Source: Lepidodermella squamata
Taxonomy: Eukaryota > Animalia > Gastrotricha
DNA length: 64,000 nt
Reading direction: 5' to 3'
Assembly (NCBI GenBank): GCA_047495785.1
Contig: JBLDXI010000003.1
Coordinates: 806,001-870,000 of the forward strand
In this document: positions 38,801 to 50,800 of the stretch, in pieces
Numbering within the stretch: the first letter of the stretch is position 1
How the letters are laid out: each line of letters begins with the position of its first letter
Translations under genes and position numbers: made by a program
Notes under the pieces: generated by a model
Databases searched by the model: none
What the model saw: only the letters and a program-made list of their open reading frames with translations
Told to the model about the DNA's origin: nothing

Positions 38801-41800
38801 GGAACACCTTCATTTGTCAGGGCGTGACCATTACCTAGTCAAGCTCAAAAAGATGATTAATCGCAGTCATGGACAAATCCTTATCACCGCTGGTAAAAAT
38901 AGCTGTACCTGACGAAATGATTTATCAAACTAGAGGGGCACTAACTGTAAACTGCGCGAAAAAAGTCGGGTACGCCCTTGGTCACTTTGCGCGGGAAATC
39001 TGTGGTGATTTTGGACCAATCAAGGTTTTTATTATTTTGTATACAAAATTATTATAAGGCAGACCCTGAATTGAGGGAGGGGTTAAAGGTCGTTTGAAAA
39101 ATAGAAGACAGTGCCTGATAATTCGGTATCTTCGGAATTTCGTATTTCATTTTTCTATGGCTCTATCATCTTGGGGTGTCAGATTATTCAATAGGTATTC
39201 CTTGTCAAAAAAAACCATTCGCTTATCAAAAAAAACCATACATTTGAATCATGTTTTATTTGATGAACGAATCAACCAAGAATCACGAACATTTGATACG
39301 CGAGATTTCGAGCATTTAATCAAATTGAATCATCTTTCTATTACATTTTTAATGGATGTGGCTATGTGAACACAGGAAAAGTGTATCGCCCAATGGCACA
39401 CATTGCGTGACACACAGCCAAAGTTAAGCGCGCACTGTGTTCAAGTAGCCAATCACGCACACACAATGTGTACGCATAGCCATTGGGCGATACCATAGAG
39501 ATCAGATTAATCAGGTTAATCTGATCTCTATGGGCGACACACAATCCTGTGTTCACATAGCCATGACCATTTTTAATTGATCCAGATCTTCAGCATGATT
39601 AAGGCTACTAAATAGATTAGCTGAAAGTCGAATAAGCGAGCGAATCCCGTCGTCAGGTTAGGAGGCTGAGCGGTCGTTGTCGGTGCGTCCTGTCTGATAA
39701 TTTTGTAGCACATGATTTTCCCAGAAGGTCCATGCGAGTAAAGGTAGCCTTCATAGTATGCTGACTCGTACCAGGTATCGAGCGTGTCTGTTACAGACGC
39801 GCGAGCTTTACCATTTCTATCGAATATTTGCATAGCGCTCTTTGTCCGCAGCACAACCGCATCGTCGAAGATGATCAAAGTCGAGGTTACATTTGGGTTA
39901 AAAAAGCTGGAAGCGTAATTATTTAGCTCCAATCCAGACCCAAATCTATATTCATAGAAAGTCTTCATTTCTTTCCCGATTCTAAACGCCGAAATGCCAT
40001 CTGTAGCTGCGAAGTAAACGCTGCTGTTGCCTTCGGTTTGATCTCGTGACCAAATAGAAATTTGTGTCGCTATATGCAGAGCGGTTAGTCTATCGTTAAT
40101 ATTCAACAGAGCGACGCCATTCTCAACAGCCGGTGGGGTGTAGATTTGGCTTGATCCAGGGTACGATCTGCGCCATAGAATTTCGCCGTTTATGGCGTCG
40201 ATGCTATACACAGTGTCAAGCCGGCTGATGCCCATCAATAGCGTGTCCTGGTAGAGGGTCAAAAACGAGGGTGTCTCATCAGCCTGTGCGAAGTCAACGC
40301 CGGGTCCGAAGTTAACAATGCGCTCGCCAGTTATCAAATTGAAGGCATGCATTCGCCACGAGGCTTCGCCTGTTGGAATAGACAATGTAAAGCATGCAAA
40401 TCATCAGCGATGGCTCTTTGCCATAATGGCACCTGAATTCCGATGATAAATTAGGAGGCCTGATCTGATGGTCTGAATAGCACAGTTCAAGAGCATTTCA
40501 AATGAAATCGATTTTCAAAGCTTCAATAGTCTGGCATAACGTGGTGGATTAGTACAAAAATACAGGAAATTTCTAGCGGAGAAACCAGAAACCAGTTTTC
40601 GAAGTAGGTTCCGAGCCTTAGGATCCTAGCTTTGGGTACTTGGGGTATTTTCGGTCCTGAAGGCCAAAGGTTCCCTCCCCCTTGGGTTTTTTCGGGTTTT
40701 CCTGCCTGTACCACTCAAGCGATGCAGGCAACCTCTGTACCCTCCTGAGGGGTTTTTTTTTATTCGCAACAGAAAATACAGCTACAGCTACAGTTTGTTG
40801 CATTCAAAAAGTCGCTACAGAAATTCTGTATTTCTCCTGTATTTTCTACGGATTCGAATAAAAAATACAGAAAATACAGCCCTATTTTTCATACAAAAAA
40901 TACAGCCAAAAAAAGTGTGCAAAGTGTAGAAATGGGGCTGCTTGTGCGCATAAAAAGTGCCGGGGCAAAAATAAGAAGAAAAAAATGGCTTGACCCCGCG
41001 AGGAGTCGAACCCTCCACATCGATTTCGCCTAATAAACAAAGTCACATTTGCGAATGGCGTATAATTTCTGCATTTTGCACAGATTCAAAAATCAAGTGC
41101 TGGAAAAATACACTTAATACTGTATAAAATATAGCGAATTTACGAACGCGTGGAAATTATTGCATTTTTTGCAGAAAGTGTCATTTTCGAACGACAATAC
41201 ACCAAATACAGTATATACTGTTCGAAGTGTTGCGAATAAAAAAAAAACCCTCAGGAGGGTACACTGTCAGAAACGTGCCCAGAAAGCAGATGTAAGAGAA
41301 AATCAACGGGGTAGAAAGAACTAGAAGAAATGTGCCAAAACCGCATGAAAACAGCGTTGTGCATAGGTTGTTCATATGTTCCCTGGAATTTCAACTTCAC
41401 CCATGGAATTTTTAATCAATTTCTCTCATAGGCAAGTAAAATAATAGAAAATATTCAAAAGAGTGCTGGGCGGAAGTGGGGTCTGTTTAGTAGTCTGCTT
41501 ACCTTGAAGCTGGCCTGCAGTTATGACATAGCGTGTTAAAGGATTTATAACAGCTTGATCCGCCGAGATCTTTACGGACCATAGAACGACGGGTGGATTA
41601 AGTGTCACGTTTATCGCATGCATTGTACCACATGACCTTGAAAGAATTATCAAAATGCCTGAATTCGGCTCGATCATAGGCGAATGTGGAGTGCATTCGA
41701 CGCTGTTATACACCACACTGCCGATTAGATTCCCAGATTTTGCGCCAAATGTATACAGCTTGTCGCCACTGACGAAGAAAAGCGTGTCGGAGTAAACTAG

Positions 41801-44800
41801 CACCCTCTCTGCGAACTTGTTGTTGGTGAAGATGTAATACTCCCACTGTCGTGCAATGCTGCCGACAGTTTCGATGCCAAGACTAACGCCTGTGTACCAC
41901 GTGTGGCCAGCATTTCCGCCAGCGTCGATCCAGTCGCCTGATGCCGTAGCGATAGCAAATGCTACTAAGAAGAATTGAAGCATCATGTCTTATTAGAGTG
42001 GTTCTGCAGAGCTAAATGTTATGCTCGTGGTTGAAATCTTCAGGATAAACCAATTTTTTGCTGTTCAAGTTTTGCTATCTTGTTTTGGTGCGCGATAAAA
42101 CGCAATCTTTCTAGGTTGCCGTTGTGATTTCCTTCGAGTTCGACAGGATAGTCGTGTGATTAGTCATAAGTTTAATCTGTAGCATAGTGGACGATTTTCT
42201 GGTTCAAACCGCCTGTATAGATACGGTTACTCCACGCAACATTTCATAAACCTTTTTATCTTCCGTATGCTTGTTATTTTATCAATCTGCATTGCCGTTC
42301 ACGGGGATGCTCATGCACAAGTTAAGCGAAATAGAAATTTTTATCCATCAAAGCGAGGTGGTTCTTTTGATTGCAAAACCTTTCGTTTCTTATAGAGGAC
42401 ATTTAGATTTGGATTATTCGGCTTGAATAAGCATTCCGTGAGGTATCGTGAAGAACCATGAAAGGGAGAATTAGTTTACATCACCAAAACGACCATTTAC
42501 CATTTAGACTAAGTTTATATCACTAGAAGTCATTTTGCAACACCAAGCAATTAAATTCTTCCCGCTCCCCTGTTGAATCTGTGGGGGATAGCGTGTACGA
42601 TCTATTTTACGATACTGCTTTGAAAATTATATGGTTGAAAAGGGCGTGAGCTACTGCCTTGTTTGACAACGGCACCACTATATGGTGAGGGTATGGTGAG
42701 GGCTAAAATTTATAAATTTCATTGAAATTATGCGTAAGGTGAACCTTTTAAATTGAAAATTCGAAGAATTTCGGCAGTATGGCAAGAGTGTTCATGTCTT
42801 TTAGATAACAATATCCATAGATATAATTCAGTAATATAGGTATAATTCAGTAATTATATCTATGACAATATCAGTTAACAAAATGATAGGACATCTGGAA
42901 TTGTTGGCAGGTACCCGTTGAGGTCGAAGTTCAAAGTCAGAGGACAATATTTTGAAACACTATCTTCTGGTATCCTTTGCTGCCTAATTTTTCGGACTTC
43001 TTAGAAGTGCTGAACGAGAAACTCTTGCTATTTTTGAAATAAATAAGAAAAACTGGAGGATTCATAAGGTGAATGTCCTTACAAGACATTTTTTTCATGT
43101 TTCAGTTCGTCAAATGTGGAATCATTTTATTTGAAATACAAGCAATCGCGAAAAGATAATGAGTGGGATTTCCAGCAATTTTATATCTTACAGTTATGAT
43201 AATCATTTTCCTTAATTGAGAGGAATCAAATTTCTAATTGATCGCGAGCTTCAGCATTAACAAAGCTGCGAAATAGATAGCCTGAAAGTCGAATAAGTGA
43301 GCGAACCCTGTCGACTGATTAGTCGTTGTCGGAATAAAGGCAGTAGTGGCTGGTTCAGCTGATCTAGTTAGCTTGTAACAATGAACTTGTCCGGAAGGAG
43401 TAGCTGAGTAGAAGTAGCCATCATAGTATGCCAGCTCGTTCGGGGTCCCAAGAGAGTCACCTATAAACGTGCGTAATTTGCCTGTCCTATCGAATATCTG
43501 TACTGCTTCCTCCGTCCGCAGCGCGACCGCGTCATTGAAGATGATCGCTGTTGAAGTTGATGCTGGCCCAATTACGCCAAATAAGTACGTCTTCTGGTTC
43601 GACCCAGACGCTAGTTCATATTCAGAGAACGCTTTTGTTCCGTTCCAGACTCTAAACGCCGACAAGCCATCTGTCGCTGCGAAGTAAAGGTTGTTACCTT
43701 CGACTTTATCTTGCCCCCAGATTGCTGTTTTTTGGTATACATCCAGGGCAGTTAGTCTACCTTCGAAATTAAATAGAGCGATGCCTTCATTAAACGGCGG
43801 TGGGGTGTAGATTTGGCTTGATCCCGTGTACAATCTCTGCCATCGAATTGAGCCATCTACGGCGTCGATGATGTACATTAGATCAAGTCGACTGATGCCT
43901 AACATTTGCTCGAAATCGACAATGGTTAAAAATGACGGTATGTCGTCGGCCTTCGTGAATTGTACTCCGGATCCGAAGTTAACATCGCGCTCGCCCGTTT
44001 CCAAATTGAAGGCATACAGCCCCCACGTGGATTCGCCTGGCGGTAAGAAAAAAAGGGAAAATTATTAGCGGCTCCCTATTTACACGGTTGCATTGGAAAA
44101 TGCTGTACTTATTTGTTGAACCTTATCATAGTAGCTCTTTTAACGCAGTGAATACTACTAGAAACGTGGCTAGCTTACCTTGGAGCTGGCCTGCCGTAGC
44201 GACACGGCGTTTGTAAGGAGTTATAACAGCTTGATCTGCCGTAATCTTCACGGACCAAAGAACGACGGGCGGATTAGCTGTGACGTTTATCGCGTGCATA
44301 GTAGAACAGGACCGTGAGAGGATGACCATAATGCCTGATCTCGGCTCAATCATCGGCGAGTGCGGGATGCATTCCTCGCTGTTGTACACTAAGCTAGCGA
44401 GTGGAGTTCCAGCTTTGGCGTCTAGGACATACAGCTTTTCGCCGCTTGCGTAGAAAATTTTGCCGGCATAACCCAGCACCCGCTCTGTGTAGTGAACTGG
44501 AGGGTTGCCGTAGCCGAAGTTCCACTCGGGCGCTATGCTGCTAACGGATTCGATGCCGAGACTGGTGCCTGTGTACCACGTATGGCCTTCATTACCGCCA
44601 GCGTCGATCCAGTCGCCTGATGCTGCGGCGATGAAAGCAAACGTTACTAAGAAGAATCGAAACATCGTTTTCTGTTCAAAACTTGGTATTTCTGTGCAAG
44701 GCTTTCTGTAAAAAACTCGGTATTTCGGGCCCCTTTTGTACTCCCCCTTATCTTAGCACATTATGCGATAAAACATACCCTGTAAGTCACTTGAGTGACT

Positions 44801-47800
44801 ACGGATTAATCACAGTCTGCGGCGTGTGGGTGTGGGTGTATCCGCATATGAATTGACTTTAACTCACTGTGTAACCATTATGGATTCCATGCCACTTGCG
44901 CAAGCTGATCGGCCAATCGATCGTTAGCACGGCCAATATCAATATGGGGCTATGAAACCTTTACTGTATTCCAGCTAACCGCTGGAAATACCTTTAATTT
45001 TGACGGAATGTTGACCATTAGTCATGCTCCAGAGGTGATTAAGCGCAGCCGCAGACATAACCTTATCTTCGCTGGCAAAAATAGCTACACTCGACGAAGT
45101 GTTTTATCACCACCTAGACAGAGCACTTGCTTATCACTCTGCGCTAATTCAAAAAAAAACACGCCCTATTACGTTCGTGGCGCGGAAGAACCAGCACTTA
45201 GGGCAAAAAAACTCGTGTACACAGGAGTAGTGTATTTTTACTTTGTACATTCGGGTACAGCTTTGCTGGCCGTAAAAATAAGTATGGCCCACTCGGCTGC
45301 AGAGCGAGTACAGGTGATCCGCCGACTGTATACTTATGAGATGTACAGTGTTCTCATACTGTAGCATTGGGTACAGCTCATTGAACTGTAGTCCAAGTAC
45401 AGTCGAATGCACCGTACTTGTTGAGTAAAGGAATGGCTGCCGTAATGACTGTGTACGGTTCGTCCAAACCATACACGAAAGTACAGCAATTCCCCATGTT
45501 TTATAACGTCGCACAGCGCACAGAGATTCTCGTACTGGAGGTCGCCGAGTCAGCCGCGGGTCATCTAATGATTTTATTGAAACTTCAAAATTGCGGAGAT
45601 ACGGTATATTTCTGGTCACCCATCTAGAAAAATATACAAAAATAGCGTTAGCTCAGAGAGCGAAGTGCCGCTAGGGATGGTAGGGATAATCCTGTCCAGT
45701 TTCATCACTCAGTCAAAAATCAAAGGGAGGCCCTTACTTCGATTTTCCTTATCCTTATACCAGTTCCGCTGAAACTTGTCGCTAATGACTGCGTTAAAGT
45801 TAAAGTTCTCGCTGAAAACAGACTAAAAATGCCCTCCAGAGCTCAACAGACTGGAAATTATAAGAAAAATATATTTTTTAGCTTGGACGCAGAATTTCGA
45901 AATTCTGAGCATCATTGCCACCCTGAAGAAAATTGAAAAACCGCAAGCTAGAAAGAATTTTGATTTTAGCTTCCCCACGCCCCACGGCGTATTAGGTCAG
46001 AGTTGTTCCACGCGTCTAAACATAAAGGCCCGCTCCGTCCTGTCGTTAAACATTTACAAATACGGATCGGCTCGGCCCAACCAAAATATCATCTCCTGTA
46101 CTTGAAGTACAGCATCTCTCCTGTACTGTAAGTACGGTAACATTGGGCCGTACGTATGTGTACAGCCCGATTTCTGACCGTACACAGCAGTACGGTCAGG
46201 CGTGCTGTACTGGGCTCTACAGCATTTTCCAGCTGTACAGCTAGTACAGGGCGTCGGCCGTACTTGATGTTACAGTCCGTTTGAACTGTACTGCTGTTTT
46301 ACAGAGCCATGGACTGTACCATTCAGTACTGCTGAAAAAATAGGCCTATTGCTCGACTTCTCATTTATTGATCTTGAACGCGGCATCAAAGCGTCATGAT
46401 ATCGAAAGTTTCGTCAAACCCCACTTTTTACATTAAAGCCTAATGGCAGCTATTTCGACCCTCCTTTATATGTAAAAAAAAATAATATGTATTAGGGTGA
46501 CTACCTACAACCTCAGGGTGTCTAAAAGGCATATTTCCGCGCTAGTAAATCGTTTGATTTCAGTGAAAACGGCTAAATGACCAGTGTCTTGTATGCTTGG
46601 TGATGAGCTAGGGCTAGTTTATTGGGACTGTCACCAAGCTGTCATCAAAATCGATTATGCGCGAAGTATCACCTGTGACCCAACGGAATGCATTTCTAGG
46701 TAGATCTCATCATGCTGATAAACTTTTTCTTTGAGAGCGGCTTCCTAGCTATCGCCATTCTCGAGATAACTGCCCAGGTGTGACACCAGGTAAGGTCACG
46801 TGACCAACTTGACACTGGTATTTCTCCGCGACCGTAAGTGATAAAAATATGGGGATTTCGAATTCTTTCTCCTCAATTGTTTCTCTATCGGAATAGCTCG
46901 GGTCAATAGGGAAAGAAAAATAAAATATTTCTTTCAAAAACATTTTGGGTTTTAATATAGGGTCAAATGGTCGAATGCCGAAATTTTAAAACAATCCTTA
47001 CTTCAGAACCATTTACTAACTCATTGTTTCAAAGAGGATTAGAGCTAAAATAGCACTGTAAATGTTCAAAAAGGCAGAGGAATTTTTTCTAGCTGTTTGT
47101 GAAAAATCGTTATCACTCTGCGATAGAGGGTCATTGTTTTTCACACTCATCTCTTCCATGATCAGCATCTCAGGCTCGTCGACGTGCAGCCGGTAGCAAA
47201 TCACCTGTTTTGCATTGCCAGCCGTGTAAAAATTGCCGTCGTAGAACGACAGCTGTTTCGCGTGGTGCAATTTATCGAAAATCGCCGCGAGTAACTTGCC
47301 GTTTTCTCTCGAAAAAATCTGAATGCCCGCTTTTGTTCGAACAGCAACAGCGTCGTTGAAAATCAGCGCACTGGTGACGGCGAAATCTTTAGCCTTTTCG
47401 AACCTGTAAATTCGCATGACGCTCCCTGTTGAAAAATCGAGTTCTGTCATAAAATCCGAGTCAGTGTACACGCGAAACACAGATTTGCCATCGGTTGAAT
47501 CGTAGTAATGAGCTGGATGGGCGTTTTCTCGATCGGCGTCTTCTGACCAAATTACAGAGTTTGAATTGATATCAAGTGCAGTTACCTGTAAATCCGTGAA
47601 AAACCGGAAGAATTAAAAAAAATCCGTTGATTACGGCCTAATTATAAAAATGGATAGAAATGCATTTAAAATGAAGGAAACATGGGAACTCAAAATTTCA
47701 ATTAAATTGAAAATTTATTTTAGATAATTTATTTTAAAATTGAAAAAATGTTAAATTAAAATTGTTAACTTTTTTATCATTAATTTTTTAATTGTTTAAA

Positions 47801-50800
47801 TTAAAAAAATTAAACCACCATTTCTTACCTTATTATTCGAATTCGTGATAAAGACACCTCCGAAAATTGGAGGGCCCTCCATAATGAAGCTGGATCCTGG
47901 TAGAGATTGGTTCCAGATTGGAACCCCGGTGCCAGCGTTGATACTGAAAACTGTATCGCTCAGGGTCACCCCAAGTAACCTCTTATCATCATATAGCGTG
48001 AAAAAATACGGAAAATCAATGTAGCCGGTTCCGTAATTTGGGATCCTGTGCCCATTTATCAAATCAAGTGCCACCAATTCTCGACTGGATTCAGGCGAGT
48101 AGGTACCAACTGTGATTACCAATTTAGAACTAGCGGCAAATTGCGGGTTTAAATCGTCGAAATACGCGCTCCATCGAAGTATTGGGGGGTTGGCTTCGAT
48201 GTTGATAGCCGTTAAAATGTTGCAATTGTTCGAAACCAGCAAAGTTTCAGATTTTGGCTCGATTAAAGCCGAGTATATAATGCAATCGTTTTCACGGCTG
48301 TAGACTAGACTAGACAGCAGTCGGCCCTTTTTCGGGTCGATTACGAATAATTTGCCATCGCCTGGGTAGAAAAGCTTGTCCTGGTAGATGAGAATTCGGT
48401 CGGAATAGCGAATATCAAAGTCCTTAGGCGTGAAGGTCCATTTTCGCTTGATTTTTGTGATTGGGCCAAGATTTTCGTCGACATAGCTTGTATGGGCGAA
48501 ATTCCCACCAAAGTCAAGCCATTCAGCTGAGATTAGATCAATAAATAGGCTTAGTATAAGAATTTTTGTTATTATTGGCCTCATTTTTAGCAAGAGGCAA
48601 TTGTGTGAACTCTCATGATGAAGTTCGGAAAAATCTCAATTTTCACAAAAATTTTATATGGAAATCTCGGCCGGGGACAAAAACATTGTTTGTTTGTTTA
48701 TTGCGCTGAGTAAATTATCATAATATAATCGATAATATGTCATGCGTATCTTCCCGGACCTACTATTTGCCTAATTTTGTGATCGCCAAACAATTAATTC
48801 GGATCGATAATGAAGAACACTCGGCATCATTGATTTTCAGCTTGAAAATTATGATTGTCCCACCAAAAAAATTGAACGCATGGATTTTGCGCTTGTTGGA
48901 CAAAAGAAAGTCAGCCGTGTTCATGCGTACGATAAGCTCGGTGGAGCTCCTTTTTTAATCGGAAAAATGAAACTAAAATGTTGCGAAAACTGCTAAAAAT
49001 ACCGGGTAAAATTTTAAAAATTCGCAATAAATTGAATGAAAATTCAAGCACTTATGTGGAAATTCTCATTTTTTCCCGTGAAAAATTAAAACAAATTGTG
49101 TTACTTTATATTGGATTTTAAAATTCCTGACCTCGAAATATTTTTTAAATTGCATTTAAAATGTCAAAAATGACTCGAAATTTTAACGGGTCCAAATTTT
49201 GTACGTTTAAAATTTTCCAATTTTTTACCATTTCGGCTTTTTCATTTATTTTATTGATATTATTGCAACCAATAACCGTTGGATTTTTCATATTTTAGAT
49301 ACCTGGTACCATCAAATAGGTAGAAAAACTGTTTTAATTTATCGGAAAAATCACTGATTTGTGAAATCGATAATTTGAATCGTTATCGGCCCTGCAGGCC
49401 AAACAAAAACCGTAAACTGAAAGTATTGAAACTCGAAAGCTATATTTTAGGGAAATCTTGTTTCTAGCTTGAAATTCTATGCTTGAAGTTCCCAAATTTG
49501 TGAAAAAATGTCATTATTTATGTTTTCAAGGTGCAATTGGCCAGCGGTATCCAGTAATTCAAGAGGCTCTAGCCCAACGCCTGCCGCTCACCGCCTACAT
49601 GGCAGCCGATTCCATGCTGGACATGATGCAGCAGTTCCGCGAATCTAACCAACTCGCCTTCCCCGAGGCGCTACCCGGCGGCCACGCGCTGACCTTCACG
49701 CCGGCGCTGGACGACGTCGCGGCCGTGAATCGCCCATTCGCCATTCGCCTGTCAATGTTCGCCATTTATTTGCTGTACAAAACGCAGAAATGGGAAAAGG
49801 CGATTGATTTAATGCTACGCTTGATTGCGTTGACCAACTACCAGTTGACGGATGTTATTGGGCCGATGTTGGTTGCGTGCCAGCGGAAACTGACCGAGCG
49901 AATTCGCACGGCGAATGGAACTATCCCGCAGGCCCATTTCGCCCAACTAGGATTCGTTTCGCCGGATGATTATTTGACCCTGCAAATTCGGTAAGAAAAT
50001 AAAATCGGATTTATTCATAATTTTATTGTAATTTTAAAAACCTCGGTCTTATTGAATTTTAATGCTATTTACTTACTCTCAATCTGTCAGCTATCCGACT
50101 CATAATGTCAAGAGAACTCGGTTAATTTATTTTTCAATTTTCAATTCTAATTTCAATTTGATTTTTAGCTGGAAGTGGATTGCGCTTTCGAGATTCTGTT
50201 CGATTTTTTTTACATTTGAATTTAGTAGACAATTCGTTTTAATTGAATCAAATGCGAGCTGCTGAGTAAAATCCTAAATTTGAGAAAAATTTCAAAATTT
50301 TGGAAAAGTGATCACTTGATTTTTGATTAGTTTCATTGATTTTACTTTATTTCAGGTCTTTGTAAAATTTGAATTTTTCACCTGGAATGACGTTATTTTA
50401 ATTATTAATTATTAATCATGTTTACACCAAAATGATGTGGCCATCGCGCAATATTTGAGAACATTTAAATAAAAAATGGCCTGATTTTCGTTGATTCCGC
50501 TTGGACGTCACGATTGCGAGTAATTCAACCATCGTAAAACCATATGAATGAGGTCGCATGGCGCATTTACTGAAGGTCTATGCGCATGAAGTCTATTAGC
50601 AATATACGTTACAGAATCAAGTAATAATACGACGAAGCATCGGTTTTTAGCTAGCTATCAACAACAGCCCTCTAATTGCCTTTTATCTGCATAAAAACTA
50701 GGATATTCGAGGCGAACTTATGTCATGTGCAGCAATTTGCAGAGAAAAGAGCCGGCCATAGAGAATCGAACGGGCTATCAGCGATTTAACCACATGAAGC

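Noticed and set aside
40985-41025. Functional tRNA gene
   Set aside because: Only a 3' half is present; no D or anticodon arm could be folded.
46096-46331. CRISPR-like array
   Set aside because: Eukaryotic intron; only 5-6-bp half-sites are conserved, spacers are about 10 nt, and there are no cas genes.
36822-48584. Bacterial contamination or chimeric assembly (BamB-like genes)
   Set aside because: The genes have spliceosomal introns, AATAAA signals and GPI-like tails, and sit between phase-matched CFAP54 exons.
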